A stretch of 64,000 bases of DNA from Candidatus Omnitrophota bacterium (GTDB taxonomy: Bacteria; Omnitrophota; Gorgyraeia; 2-02-FULL-51-18). Location: assembly GCA_945877765.1 (NCBI GenBank), contig CAMDWQ010000009.1:7409-71408 (forward strand), read 5' to 3'. Each line of letters opens with the position of its first letter. Position 1 is the first letter of the stretch. Position numbers and translations under genes: made by a program. Positions 1 to 8,712 of this stretch are shown piece by piece. The notes under the pieces were generated by a model. The model saw only the letters and a program-made list of their open reading frames with translations. It had not been told where the DNA came from and did no database searches.

Positions 1-833
1 CGCTGCGATCCGCAATCGTTACGACTCAAGCGATGCAAAAATTTCTGATGCGTCGGGGAAACATAATCATCAAATTCGCCGTGAATCATTAACAAAGGCC
101 CATGTTTTTTCCGAAGCAGTTTTTCAACGTCCACAAAACGTTTGTTGGATTTTTTTTGACAGTACCAAAATCCAAGGCTTGTAAATAAGTTGACTACCCA
201 AAAGGGATAATTTTCTCCAAAGAGATTGGGTTTGACTAATATCGGCGCCCATTTGCGGATATAGTCCCTAAAAATTTCTCTCATGGAGAAAAGACCATCG
301 GTAATGACACCAGCGACCAGCGGCTCACCCTCCGCGGCAGCAAAAGCAATGTCGGCGCCGCGCGAAACCCCGAAAAGCACAATTTTTGTTTTAGATTTAA
401 ACGCTGTTTTGACCCAAGCGATGACCATCCGCATTTTCTGTACGTCTTCCTCCGTGGGCCACTGCGAAAGAGAGTTTTTGCCCACATCGGAGGTATCCGC
501 AAGAAAATCGATGCTTAGGACATGAAAACCCAGATCAGGGAAAAAATAGGCATACTTTTCCCAGGACTCCTTTGCAGATCCCGAATCATGACAGAAAATG
601 ACAATTTTATCCGCGCCTGTCCTTTCCACGTGCACCGCGCTGACTTCATGGCCGCCTGAATCAAGAATGGAAATTTTTTCACCCGCGCTTGAGATAACCG
701 TGTCGTAAGCGGGCTTATATTTCAAACCAAGAAAAATATTCGCAATCATGCGGGTGTACTTGAAACCAGAATGCATGGAGTAAGCAATCGCCAAAACTAG
801 AGGAACTATGATTAATAAAAAGAGAGGGTTCAT
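1..833 (-). CDS. alpha/beta-fold hydrolase, 3'-truncated at the window edge; ATG at 833 and no stop before position 1
   Basis: Hand translation of the minus strand from 833 gives an uninterrupted MNPLFLLIIVPLVLAIAYSMHSGFKY...KIVLFGVSRGADIAFAAAEG...GPLLMIHGEFDDYVSPTHQKFL. The GVSRG nucleophile elbow (G-x-S-x-G) and an HGxxD-like motif fit esterase/dienelactone-hydrolase folds. It is absent from the ORF track, presumably because the stop codon lies outside the window. Confidence 0.55.
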   Translation of the reverse strand, partial: MNPLFLLIIVPLVLAIAYSMHSGFKYTRMIANIFLGLKYKPAYDTVISSAGEKISILDSGGHEVSAVHVERTGADKIVIFCHDSGSAKESWEKYAYFFPDLGFHVLSIDFLADTSDVGKNSLSQWPTEEDVQKMRMVIAWVKTAFKSKTKIVLFGVSRGADIAFAAAEGEPLVAGVITDGLFSMREIFRDYIRKWAPILVKPNLFGENYPFWVVNLFTSLGFWYCQKKSNKRFVDVEKLLRKKHGPLLMIHGEFDDYVSPTHQKFLHRLSRNDCGSQ

Positions 834-838
834 CGGTT

Positions 839-1567
839 TTATTTTTTCTTTCGAAGAATCTCTACAATCCAACCCGCCAAAATACTAAATTCAAAAAGAA
901 CCAAAAGCGGGACAGCCAGCATCAATTGGGTCGCCATATCCGGTCCCGGCGTTAGTACCGCTGCGGCGATAAAAATAAATACAATGATATGCCTCTGGTA
1001 CCTATTCAGGGTAGCAACATTTACCACGCCCGACGCAACAGCTGCCATGACGAATACCGGCAGGTTGAATGCAAAACCGAAAGCAAGCATCATGCCGCTT
1101 AGAAATCCAAGGTATTCATTAATGGAGACCAACGGCCTTAGAACCTCGGTCTGCTGGCCAATCAGAAAATGAAGCGTCATTGGCAAGACAGTTAAATAAC
1201 AGAAAAGTGCTCCCGCAAAAAATAAAAAAGAGCTAATAAAAACAACCGGCAATATTGCCTTCTTCTCGCGAGAATGCATCGCCGGAGAAAGAAAAAGCCA
1301 TAGCTGGCAAACCACCAGTGGGGATGCGATCAAAAGCCCAGCCAATAAAACAGCTTTAATTTTTGCCATAAAAGCATCTGCCGGTGAAAAAAAATAGGCC
1401 TGCCCAATCAGGGGCTGTATCGGCTTCATCAGGATCGCAAGAATTTCATCGGCAAAAAGGAAGCAAAACGAACCCGCGGCCGCGATCGCCGCTAGACAGA
1501 TAAGAAGACGCTTTCTAAATTCTTCGAGATGTCCCCCAAAGGAGAGTAGTTTTTGTGCATCTGGCAT
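839..1567 (-). CDS. tatC: twin-arginine translocase subunit TatC
   Basis: 242 aa polytopic membrane protein with the hallmark TatC motifs HLEEFRKRL near the N-terminus and LTPGPD. Confidence 0.85.
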   Translation of the reverse strand: MPDAQKLLSFGGHLEEFRKRLLICLAAIAAAGSFCFLFADEILAILMKPIQPLIGQAYFFSPADAFMAKIKAVLLAGLLIASPLVVCQLWLFLSPAMHSREKKAILPVVFISSFLFFAGALFCYLTVLPMTLHFLIGQQTEVLRPLVSINEYLGFLSGMMLAFGFAFNLPVFVMAAVASGVVNVATLNRYQRHIIVFIFIAAAVLTPGPDMATQLMLAVPLLVLFEFSILAGWIVEILRKKK

Positions 1568-1607
1568 AAACCTTATTGTATCATCGGTTTGACTTCCCAG
1601 ACCCCTT

Positions 1608-2597
1608 TTGTTAGTATCAAGCTCATCTATGATTAAAGCTTATGGACGCTTCTTCCTTTTTTTAATTCCAATCCTTGCCCTTTCGGTGGCGGTCTTGTTT
1701 TTACAGCTTAAAAACAATGAGCTTACAAAAATGAATCGGTCACTTCTTGCATCCAATAGCTCACTCCAGGCAAAAGCCCAGCAATTAAAATCAAAAAACA
1801 GGGTGCTATTTAAAACTCTGATCAAAAATGCGTCGTTGGTAAAGGGAATGAAGGGGCAGAAACAAGCCTTCCAAGAAACGATTGATTCCCTAAAAAAACA
1901 AGAGGAGGCAATTCAGTTTGAAATTACAAGATCCCAGGAAGAAATGAATACCGCTCTCGCAGAAAAAACCTATCTCGAAGACATGCTCATCCATAAAACT
2001 CGGCAGATTGAATCTTTGAAAATCCAAAATCCAGCGCCAGTTCAAAATACCGCTGATTTGAACCAAGCTACCGCGGCAGGCGCCGACATCAGCGCAAAAA
2101 TTAAGGAAAAAGAAAACCAAATCCGCACCCTGACCGAACAAAACCGTGCGCTTTCGACCAAAATGGACCGCTTGTATCAAGTCACTACCAGTGAAATTTC
2201 AGAAATCAACGTCGCCAAAATCGCTCTAGAAGATACAGTAACCGGCGCCAAAGACAAAATCAACCAAGAGTGGAATACAGTAAATCTAGGCTCTATTAGC
2301 ATCGATAAGAAGGGTCCGACTCCGCCTGTCGCCGCAGCGCCCGAAGCCGTCAAGAGCGGCCCTAAAACGTCAGGTAAAGTACTGGCGGTAAACGACAGTC
2401 ATGGGTTTGTTGTGGTGGACTTGGGGAAAATTGACAACTTAAGCATGGGCGCGAATCTTGAAATTCTACGCGAGGGAAAAAATATTGCTAGTTTAAGCGT
2501 GCTTGAAATCCGGGATGTAATGACCGCTTGCAATATCAAAAACTTGGAAACTGGCGAAAAGATCAGAGTTAATGATTTGGTTCGGGTTCAAAAATAG
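1608..2597 (+). CDS. coiled-coil protein with N-terminal TM anchor, hypothetical
   Basis: One N-terminal hydrophobic helix, then a long heptad-rich Q/K/E coiled-coil region and a small C-terminal beta-rich domain. I recognise no family. Its 3' end overlaps dxs convergently by 29 nt. Confidence 0.4.
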   Translation: MLVSSSSMIKAYGRFFLFLIPILALSVAVLFLQLKNNELTKMNRSLLASNSSLQAKAQQLKSKNRVLFKTLIKNASLVKGMKGQKQAFQETIDSLKKQEEAIQFEITRSQEEMNTALAEKTYLEDMLIHKTRQIESLKIQNPAPVQNTADLNQATAAGADISAKIKEKENQIRTLTEQNRALSTKMDRLYQVTTSEISEINVAKIALEDTVTGAKDKINQEWNTVNLGSISIDKKGPTPPVAAAPEAVKSGPKTSGKVLAVNDSHGFVVVDLGKIDNLSMGANLEILREGKNIASLSVLEIRDVMTACNIKNLETGEKIRVNDLVRVQK

Positions 2598-4476
2598 CTA
2601 AACTTTTTACAATTTCTTCCGCAATTTTCGGCGCCGTCAAACCCAGCTTACTCAAAAGAGACTCCCGTTTTCCGTGCTCGATAAATCGATCGGGAATTCC
2701 TAACGTTCTAATCTTGGGAACCGCTGATTCCTGCTGTTCAAACAATTCAAGAACGCCGTCCCCAAAACCACCGACAAGAGATCCTTCTTCAAGGGTGACC
2801 ACCAGTGATTTTCCTTTACTAAGACGCAAAATCAACGCTTCGTCTAAGGGCTTGGCAAAACGAGTGTTTATTACCGTCGCTTCAATGCCGCTTTTTTCAA
2901 GAATCCCAGCCGCTTCAAAAGCCGTATAGACTAGACTGCCATAGGCTAGGATCAACACATCCTTGCCCTCCCTCAAAATTTCTGATTTTCCCAATTGAAT
3001 CGCCGCGGGAATTACATTTTTAAGCGCCGATTCGCTTTCCTCGGAAACCGCCCCTCTGGGATACCGCACCGCGATAGGTCCCAAGAGATGCCCCTGGGCA
3101 AATTCCAACATCAGCTCAAATTCGCGGCCGTCCCGCGGAGCCATGAGCGTCATTCCAGGTATTTTTCTCAAATAGGAAATATCAAAAACGCCGTGATGCG
3201 TCGGCCCGTCTTCCCCCACAAGCCCGCCGCGATCAAGGCAAAAAACAACCGGCAGTCGTTGCAGCGCCACATCATGAATAATCTGGTCATGCGCCCGCTG
3301 TAAAAATGTGGAATAAATCGCCACAAACGGCCTCAAACCCGCCTCCGTCAATCCCGCCGCAAAAGAAACACCATGCTCCTCGGCTATTCCGACGTCAAAA
3401 AATCTATCGGGAAATTTTTTAGAAAATTCAATCAGTCCTGTCCCGTCACACATCGCCGCCGTGATCGCGACGATTTTTTTATTTTTATCCGCCAGTTGAA
3501 TCATTTTATCGCCGAAAACTTTGGTATAGGATTTTTGTTTGGCGCCCGGTTTCACTTCGCCGGTTTCGACGCAAAATGGAGTGGAGGCGTGCCATTTGGA
3601 CGGATCCGACTCAGCCACCGTATAACCTTTTCCTTTTTTGGTAATCACGTGCAGGAAAATAGGCCCTGGAATTTTTTTGACGTTTTCCAGGATTTCAATC
3701 ATCGACTCAATATTGTGCCCATCCAGCGGTCCAAAATAACGAAATCCCATTTCTTCAAAGAGAAGCCCCGGGACAAAAATATGCTTGATCCCCTCGTCAA
3801 TTTTTTTGGCTTTGGCCACCATCTGGCCGCCGACCTTTGGAATTTTTCGAATCCCCTCGACGATATCATGGCGAAGATGATTGTAAAAACCGCTGGAGAT
3901 AAATTTATTAAAGGACTTACTCAGCGCACCGACCGTCGGAGAAATGCTCATTTCATTATCATTTAAAATCACAATTAGGTTGTCTTTGACATGACCGGCG
4001 TGGTTGAGTGCCTCGAATGCCATCCCGCTCACCAGCGACGCATCTCCGATCACCGCAATGGCTCTGGCCTCTTTTTTTAAAATTCGGTTGCCTACGGCAA
4101 TGCCAAATGAAGTGGAAATGGAAGTCGCCGCATGACCCGTGGTAAAAGGATCATGCTCGCTTTCATCTTTATTGGAAAATCCGCTCATCCCGTCTTCTTG
4201 GCGAAATGTCTTAAACGCTTCTTTTCTGCCCGTGAGGATTTTATGCGCGTGAACTTGGTGCCCGACATCCCAGACAATCGTATCATGCGGCGTATTGAAA
4301 CAATAATGAAGTGCAATGGTCAGGTCTACAGCTCCTAGAGCCGCGCCCAAATGACCGCCGTTGGTCGAAACGACTTCAAGAATACATTCCCGTACTTCTT
4401 TGGCAAGCCCCGCCAAATCACTCTTGGGGAGTTTTTTAATATCGTCGGGATTTTTAATTCCGTTTAAAAAGGACAT
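2569..4476 (-). CDS. dxs: 1-deoxy-D-xylulose-5-phosphate synthase
   Basis: 635 aa with the N-terminal GGHLGAALGAVDLTIALHY...WDVGHQ(V)H(A)HKILTGR thiamine-diphosphate signature and transketolase-like middle and C-terminal domains. Confidence 0.95.
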   Translation of the reverse strand: MSFLNGIKNPDDIKKLPKSDLAGLAKEVRECILEVVSTNGGHLGAALGAVDLTIALHYCFNTPHDTIVWDVGHQVHAHKILTGRKEAFKTFRQEDGMSGFSNKDESEHDPFTTGHAATSISTSFGIAVGNRILKKEARAIAVIGDASLVSGMAFEALNHAGHVKDNLIVILNDNEMSISPTVGALSKSFNKFISSGFYNHLRHDIVEGIRKIPKVGGQMVAKAKKIDEGIKHIFVPGLLFEEMGFRYFGPLDGHNIESMIEILENVKKIPGPIFLHVITKKGKGYTVAESDPSKWHASTPFCVETGEVKPGAKQKSYTKVFGDKMIQLADKNKKIVAITAAMCDGTGLIEFSKKFPDRFFDVGIAEEHGVSFAAGLTEAGLRPFVAIYSTFLQRAHDQIIHDVALQRLPVVFCLDRGGLVGEDGPTHHGVFDISYLRKIPGMTLMAPRDGREFELMLEFAQGHLLGPIAVRYPRGAVSEESESALKNVIPAAIQLGKSEILREGKDVLILAYGSLVYTAFEAAGILEKSGIEATVINTRFAKPLDEALILRLSKGKSLVVTLEEGSLVGGFGDGVLELFEQQESAVPKIRTLGIPDRFIEHGKRESLLSKLGLTAPKIAEEIVKSLAIFEPEPNH

Positions 4477-5313
4477 CTATTTTTTTCTTTCCAGTACAAA
4501 ATCGGCTATTTCGGACAAAATCACACCCTTTTTACCTAATAACTTAAGCTCATTTTTGGCGCGCCGGTGAATTCCAGCCGCCTCCTCTCGGGCTTGTGTC
4601 AAACCCAGCAATTCAGCATACCCCTCCTCATCGAGGATGTCATCCACAATTTGGAACAAAAGTCCAAGTGCCTGTCCGTAGCGAAAAATCGAGCGGACCT
4701 GATCCGCATTTCCACCACCCAGGTAAACTCCCACCCGAGCCGACGCGGCAATCAAAGCACCTGATTTGTGAATATTAATGTATTCCATGATCGCAAGATT
4801 GGTCTTTTTATCTTGGTATTCAATATCCACCGCCTGACCACCCACCATCCCCGCAGAACCCACCGCCTCGGCGATAAAGCGTATCGTTTCAAGCTGTCTA
4901 TTTGAAAAATCCTTCGGTGTATTTTTCACCGGCTCACTCAAAATCCTAAACGCCAGCGTCAAAAGCGCATCCCCCGCCAAAACCGCCGTATCTTCGCCAA
5001 ACTTCACATGACAAGTCGGCTTCCCCCGCCTGAGTGCATCATCATCCATGCAGGGCAAATCATCATGAATGAGCGAATAACAATGAATGAGCTCCAGCGC
5101 ACAGGCTGCCGGCAACACGCGCCGCACATCCCCACCCACCGCCTCACAAGCCGCCAACGTCAAAACCGGCCGCACGCGCTTGCCCCCCGACATCACCGCA
5201 TACAGCATCGCCTCATGCAGTTTGCGTGCATGTGTCCCCGGCTTTGGAAGATATCCCAAAAGGGCATTATCAATTTTAATTGCTTGTTTTTTAAAATATA
5301 TCTCAATAGCCAT
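4477..5313 (-). CDS. ispA: farnesyl/geranyl diphosphate synthase (polyprenyl synthetase)
   Basis: First aspartate-rich motif LIHDDLPCMDDDALRRGKPT and second motif FQIVDDILD. Start placed at MAIEIYFKK; the 4 codons upstream in the ORF-track call run into a GC-rich repeat. The order xseB-ispA-dxs matches the classic arrangement. Confidence 0.85.
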   Translation of the reverse strand: MAIEIYFKKQAIKIDNALLGYLPKPGTHARKLHEAMLYAVMSGGKRVRPVLTLAACEAVGGDVRRVLPAACALELIHCYSLIHDDLPCMDDDALRRGKPTCHVKFGEDTAVLAGDALLTLAFRILSEPVKNTPKDFSNRQLETIRFIAEAVGSAGMVGGQAVDIEYQDKKTNLAIMEYINIHKSGALIAASARVGVYLGGGNADQVRSIFRYGQALGLLFQIVDDILDEEGYAELLGLTQAREEAAGIHRRAKNELKLLGKKGVILSEIADFVLERKK

Positions 5314-5380
5314 TAGTAGCCACAAATCCCGTTGTTTTCACCACTACCATCCCTCTCCCAAAAAAATGGCGCACTATGCG

Positions 5381-5475
5381 TTGTGTCCGCCGGGTGGCGC
5401 CGGAGGGGAGGCCTCCGCTGCGCGGAGTGAAAATTTACACGAGCACAGCGGAGTCCCGCAGGTGACAGGCCCCGG
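5381..5475. repeat. GC-rich structured repeat element, copy A, in the leader of ispA
   Basis: GGGTGGCGCCGGAGGGGAGGCCTCCGCTGCGCGGAGTGAAAATTTACACGAGCACAGCGGAGTCCCGCAGGTGACAGGCCC is about 95 % identical to 20125..20200. It contains several GC hairpins (CTCCGC/GCGGAG, GCGG/CCGC). Confidence 0.5.
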
Positions 5476-5496
5476 CGAACACTATACACACCGCAC

Positions 5497-5757
5497 TTAT
5501 TTATTCTTTTTCTTCGCCTTCCCGCCCTCATCTTCAAACACTTCCGTCTTAAACTTCCCCGCATTCGTCTTCACCAACACTTCAACTCTCTTCTGCGCCT
5601 CCGACAACCTCTTCGTACAAATATCCGCCATTTTGACGCCTTCTTCATACTGTTTGAGCGCCTGTTCCAACGACAATTCCCCGCTCTCCAGATTCTGCAC
5701 AATCGCTTCCAATTTTTTCAGCGCCGCTTCAAATTCCACTTCCTTAATTTCACTCAT
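5497..5757 (-). CDS. xseB: exodeoxyribonuclease VII small subunit
   Basis: 86 aa helical protein FEAALKKLEAIVQNLESGELSLEQALKQYEEG typical of XseB. It overlaps the xseA stop by 4 nt. Confidence 0.85.
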   Translation of the reverse strand: MSEIKEVEFEAALKKLEAIVQNLESGELSLEQALKQYEEGVKMADICTKRLSEAQKRVEVLVKTNAGKFKTEVFEDEGGKAKKKNK

Positions 5758-6977
5758 GCGTTGATCCCCTTTATTTGGCTGGTAAAAAATCCATCGCTTA
5801 GTTTTGTTTTTAAAAAATCACCTACTTTAATTTTTTTGACCGAGGTGACTATTTTTTCCTCAGGTAGTTTCATCGACACGCTAAAACCGCGTCGTAACAC
5901 GGCCAACGGCCCGAGCGCTTCCAATTTCCCAAAAAGCGCGTAAGTTTTTTCCTTTTTCAATGAAATAAAATTTTCAAACAACATCGCGGCCTGTCTTTTT
6001 AGCTCATCCAGCTTCTGAAATTGACCCTCAAAAATTGCCAGCGGGTCTTTTAGACTGCTGTTTTCCTTTAAAAGTTTGAGCTCTTGTCTTAATTCCCTAA
6101 TCCGGCCATTGATTCCCTGAAGCGAACGCAAGCGAAGCTCTTCCACCCTCTCAACCAACTCTTCTTTAAGCGGTAACACCAATTCCGCCGCTGCCGAGGG
6201 TGTCGCTGCACGCAAATCAGAAACAAAATCAGCAATCGTAAAATCCACTTCATGCCCAACCGCCGAGATCACGGGAATATGAGAATTAAAAATTGCCCGC
6301 GCGACAATTTCCTCATTAAACGCCCAGAGATCCTCCAAGCTTCCGCCGCCGCGCCCCACAATCAAAACATCGGCATTTTCCAAAGCGTTAAAATCATCGA
6401 TGGCTTCGGCAATGCTCTCAGCCGCAGCAGCCCCCTGCACCGCTACCGGATATATCAAAAGATGCGCGCCGGAAAATCGTCTTTCCAAAATATTCAAAAT
6501 ATCCCGAAGGGCCGCACCGTCAATCGAGGTCACAAGACCTATCGTTTTTGGCAGATACGGAATTGGTTTTTTGTGTGCCTCGTCAAAAAGACCTTCGTTT
6601 TTTAGCTTTTCAACCAGCTGTTGAAAGCGAAGCTGCAAAGCGCCAATGCCTTTAGGTTCAATCGCCTCAATCATCAGTTGATACTGCCCGCGGGGTGCGT
6701 ACACGCTAACGCGGGAGCGCACCAATACTTTCATGCCTTCCCCGGGCTCAAAACCTAAAGAAGCGTTCTCCCGACGAAACATGACGCACTGGATCTGGGC
6801 AGACTCATCTTTCAGCGAAAAATACATGTGGCCCGAGGTATGAAGTTTGAAATTAGTGATTTCACCTTCCACCCACACGTCGGAAAAACGGCCCTCAAGC
6901 GTAAAACGAATATCCCGCGTAAGATCAGAAACACTGTAAACGGTGCGGCCTGTTTTAAGTTCGTAAGTTTTAATCAA
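5754..6977 (-). CDS. xseA: exodeoxyribonuclease VII large subunit
   Basis: 407 aa with an N-terminal OB fold (VWVEGEITNFKLHTSGHMYFSLKD), a catalytic core and a C-terminal coiled coil. It sits immediately upstream of xseB. Confidence 0.9.
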   Translation of the reverse strand: MIKTYELKTGRTVYSVSDLTRDIRFTLEGRFSDVWVEGEITNFKLHTSGHMYFSLKDESAQIQCVMFRRENASLGFEPGEGMKVLVRSRVSVYAPRGQYQLMIEAIEPKGIGALQLRFQQLVEKLKNEGLFDEAHKKPIPYLPKTIGLVTSIDGAALRDILNILERRFSGAHLLIYPVAVQGAAAAESIAEAIDDFNALENADVLIVGRGGGSLEDLWAFNEEIVARAIFNSHIPVISAVGHEVDFTIADFVSDLRAATPSAAAELVLPLKEELVERVEELRLRSLQGINGRIRELRQELKLLKENSSLKDPLAIFEGQFQKLDELKRQAAMLFENFISLKKEKTYALFGKLEALGPLAVLRRGFSVSMKLPEEKIVTSVKKIKVGDFLKTKLSDGFFTSQIKGINA

Positions 6978-7096
6978 TCGGCTCTCTATTTATCCATAGG
7001 CATGCGTTTAAAAATAAGTTTTTGGAATTCTCCAACATGCTGTTGGAGAATTATTGAGTAACGGGGTCAGAGTGCCCCACCCAAAACACGCTGAGG

Positions 7097-7342
7097 TTAC
7101 TTGGCTAAAAGCTTTTCATAAAGAGCTTCGGGGGAAATATCAGCTCCGTTAGGCCAGCAAATCGTCCCTCCCTCAATGCGGGCCGACTTAAAATAATGCT
7201 TGTCTTTGAGTGGTATAAAAACAGTACCCTTATCGAGATATCTTGAAAAGTCGATATCACCCTTCACTCCATCGTCAAATGTAATATGATAAATATAATC
7301 GTCCACATATTTGATGGAGAGGACATCATTTAATTTCCACAT
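7097..7342 (-). CDS. DUF2442-family small protein
   Basis: 81 aa; the second gene of the widespread DUF4160/DUF2442 two-gene cassette. Confidence 0.55.
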   Translation of the reverse strand: MWKLNDVLSIKYVDDYIYHITFDDGVKGDIDFSRYLDKGTVFIPLKDKHYFKSARIEGGTICWPNGADISPEALYEKLLAK

Positions 7343-7350
7343 AAGTCACC

Positions 7351-7611
7351 TCATTCCAAAGGAGTTATTTTTTTGATCTCTTTGCATGCCTTAGCCAGTT
7401 CCCAATCCTCTGCCAGCTCTGTTTGATGAAGATCGATCCATTCACGAATCAATTTTAACGCCGTACGGGAACCTAAATCGCCCAGTAGAATATTCCCGCG
7501 AAAATCCATTACCGCTTTCTTACCGCCAAATTCCGCATGAAAATGCGGCGGATTATGGTCATCATAAAACATTCGAATAACAACGCCAAAAAAGCGTGAT
7601 ATTTCAGGCAT
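7351..7611 (-). CDS. DUF4160-family small protein
   Basis: 86 aa with a DHNPPHFH motif; it forms a pair with the downstream DUF2442 gene. Confidence 0.55.
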   Translation of the reverse strand: MPEISRFFGVVIRMFYDDHNPPHFHAEFGGKKAVMDFRGNILLGDLGSRTALKLIREWIDLHQTELAEDWELAKACKEIKKITPLE

Positions 7612-7647
7612 TTTGACCCCTAAAATTTAAATTTAGCCACGTTCAAA

Positions 7648-7675
7648 GTATATCATCCTACCTAAATATTGACAA
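7648..7675 (-). promoter_or_regulatory. sigma70-like promoter candidate for the DUF4160/DUF2442 pair
   Basis: On the minus strand: TTGTCA, a 16-nt spacer, then TATACT, about 35 nt upstream of the ATG at 7611. Confidence 0.35.
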
Positions 7676-7877
7676 AAAAATCTGGTGGTGGCTATAGTGG
7701 TGTGAATTGTAATTAGAAGTGCAACAGGGTTGGGGTGTGGGTTTGGAAGTAGGTTGGAAGAAAAAAGCCCCATAGATCTTAAAGTACTGTTACTTTGTAG
7801 GTGTCGAACAAACAAAGAACAGGAGAGATCTATGGAGCAGGTTAAAGTGGTCAAGTCTTTCCCTAGCCACATCCACA

Positions 7878-7912
7878 TGATCCCCGATTAGAAAATTCGG
7901 GGATGACATTGA
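7878..7912. repeat. REP/MITE-like hairpin element, single unit
   Basis: catGATCCCCGAttagaaaatTCGGGGATgacat; an 8-bp perfect stem ATCCCCGA/TCGGGGAT. It belongs to the same family as the elements at 17865, 22436, 39944, 44018 and 46037. Confidence 0.7.
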
Positions 7913-7915
7913 ATA

Positions 7916-8707
7916 TTATTCTAATTTCCTATGCACTCTTTCAATCTTCACCGCTTTACCCGTGCTTTCGTCGACGGTGATGAGGGCACCGGAGAGACGC
8001 GCGTCATTTTGGGCGACTACTTTTTTGCCGCCGATTTGTGTCAGAAAACGGTCCATGATTTGATCTTTGTCAGCACCGATCACCGAGTCATAGGGTCCTG
8101 TCATTCCTAAATCGGTAAGGCAGGCAGTGCCTTTAGCAGAAACGCGCTCATCGGCTGTTTGCACATGCGTATGAGTGCCAACAACCGCCGCAACGCGTCC
8201 GTCCAGATACCAGGAAATCGCCATCTTTTCGCTGGTAGCCTCGGCATGCATATCCACCAGGATGATCCGAGCCCCCCGAGTCTGAACTTTTAGGATTTCT
8301 TCATCGGCAGAAAAAAATGGGGACAAAAAATGATAGCGCATGAAAACTTGGCCGGCGACATGGATCACACCAATCTTTACGCCCTTACACTCCACGACAG
8401 TGGAGCCGACACCGGGCAAGCCTTTGGGGAAATTGGCGGGTCGGACTAGCCGCGGGTCCGTCTGCATCAATTCTTCCACTTCTTTTCGCTTATCAAACGC
8501 GTGATCGCCCATCGTCAAGACGTCACAACCGGATTGAAAAAGGTCTTTGGCAACTCTGGCACTGACACCAGCACCGTCGGTGGAATTTTCAGCATTACAG
8601 ACAACAAAATCCACTTCGCCGCTTCTTTTCATCGCCGGAACAAAGCGTTCAATCGCTTTACGTCCTGGATCTCCGTACGTATCACCGATCATTAGAATTT
8701 TTAGCAT
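7916..8707 (-). CDS. ymdB: YmdB-like metallophosphoesterase (TIGR00282 family, 2',3'-cyclic-nucleotide phosphodiesterase-like)
   Basis: MLKILMIGDTYGDPG...VVCNAEN...GDHAFDKR...VDMHAE...GTHTHVQTAD are the calcineurin-fold metal-ligand motifs of YmdB. It lies downstream of rny as in Bacillus, here separated from it by inserted genes. Confidence 0.75.
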   Translation of the reverse strand: MLKILMIGDTYGDPGRKAIERFVPAMKRSGEVDFVVCNAENSTDGAGVSARVAKDLFQSGCDVLTMGDHAFDKRKEVEELMQTDPRLVRPANFPKGLPGVGSTVVECKGVKIGVIHVAGQVFMRYHFLSPFFSADEEILKVQTRGARIILVDMHAEATSEKMAISWYLDGRVAAVVGTHTHVQTADERVSAKGTACLTDLGMTGPYDSVIGADKDQIMDRFLTQIGGKKVVAQNDARLSGALITVDESTGKAVKIERVHRKLE

Positions 8708-8712
8708 TATCT

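Noticed and set aside
3373-3966. Antisense ORFs inside dxs (for example 3373..3966, 2995..3303), inside the RND gene (31622.., 32108.., 32483.., 32927..) and inside the giant gene (many 60-160 aa plus-strand ORFs)
   Set aside because: They are shadow ORFs on the strand opposite to long, well-supported genes, with no family resemblance and no independent start signals.
5087-5764. ORFs 5087..5764 (+), 5313..5564 (-) and 5008..5316 (+) across the ispA/xseB spacer
   Set aside because: They overlap ispA and xseB on the opposite strand or read through the GC-rich repeat. The peptide GLSPAGLRCA..SAQRRPPLRRHP recurs at the cysH leader only because the DNA repeat recurs.
7633-7878. ORF 7633..7878 (-) of 81 aa
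   Set aside because: It lies over a promoter region and REP hairpin. Its composition (W/H/P-rich, no RBS) looks non-coding, and it is more plausibly part of a regulatory or ncRNA region.
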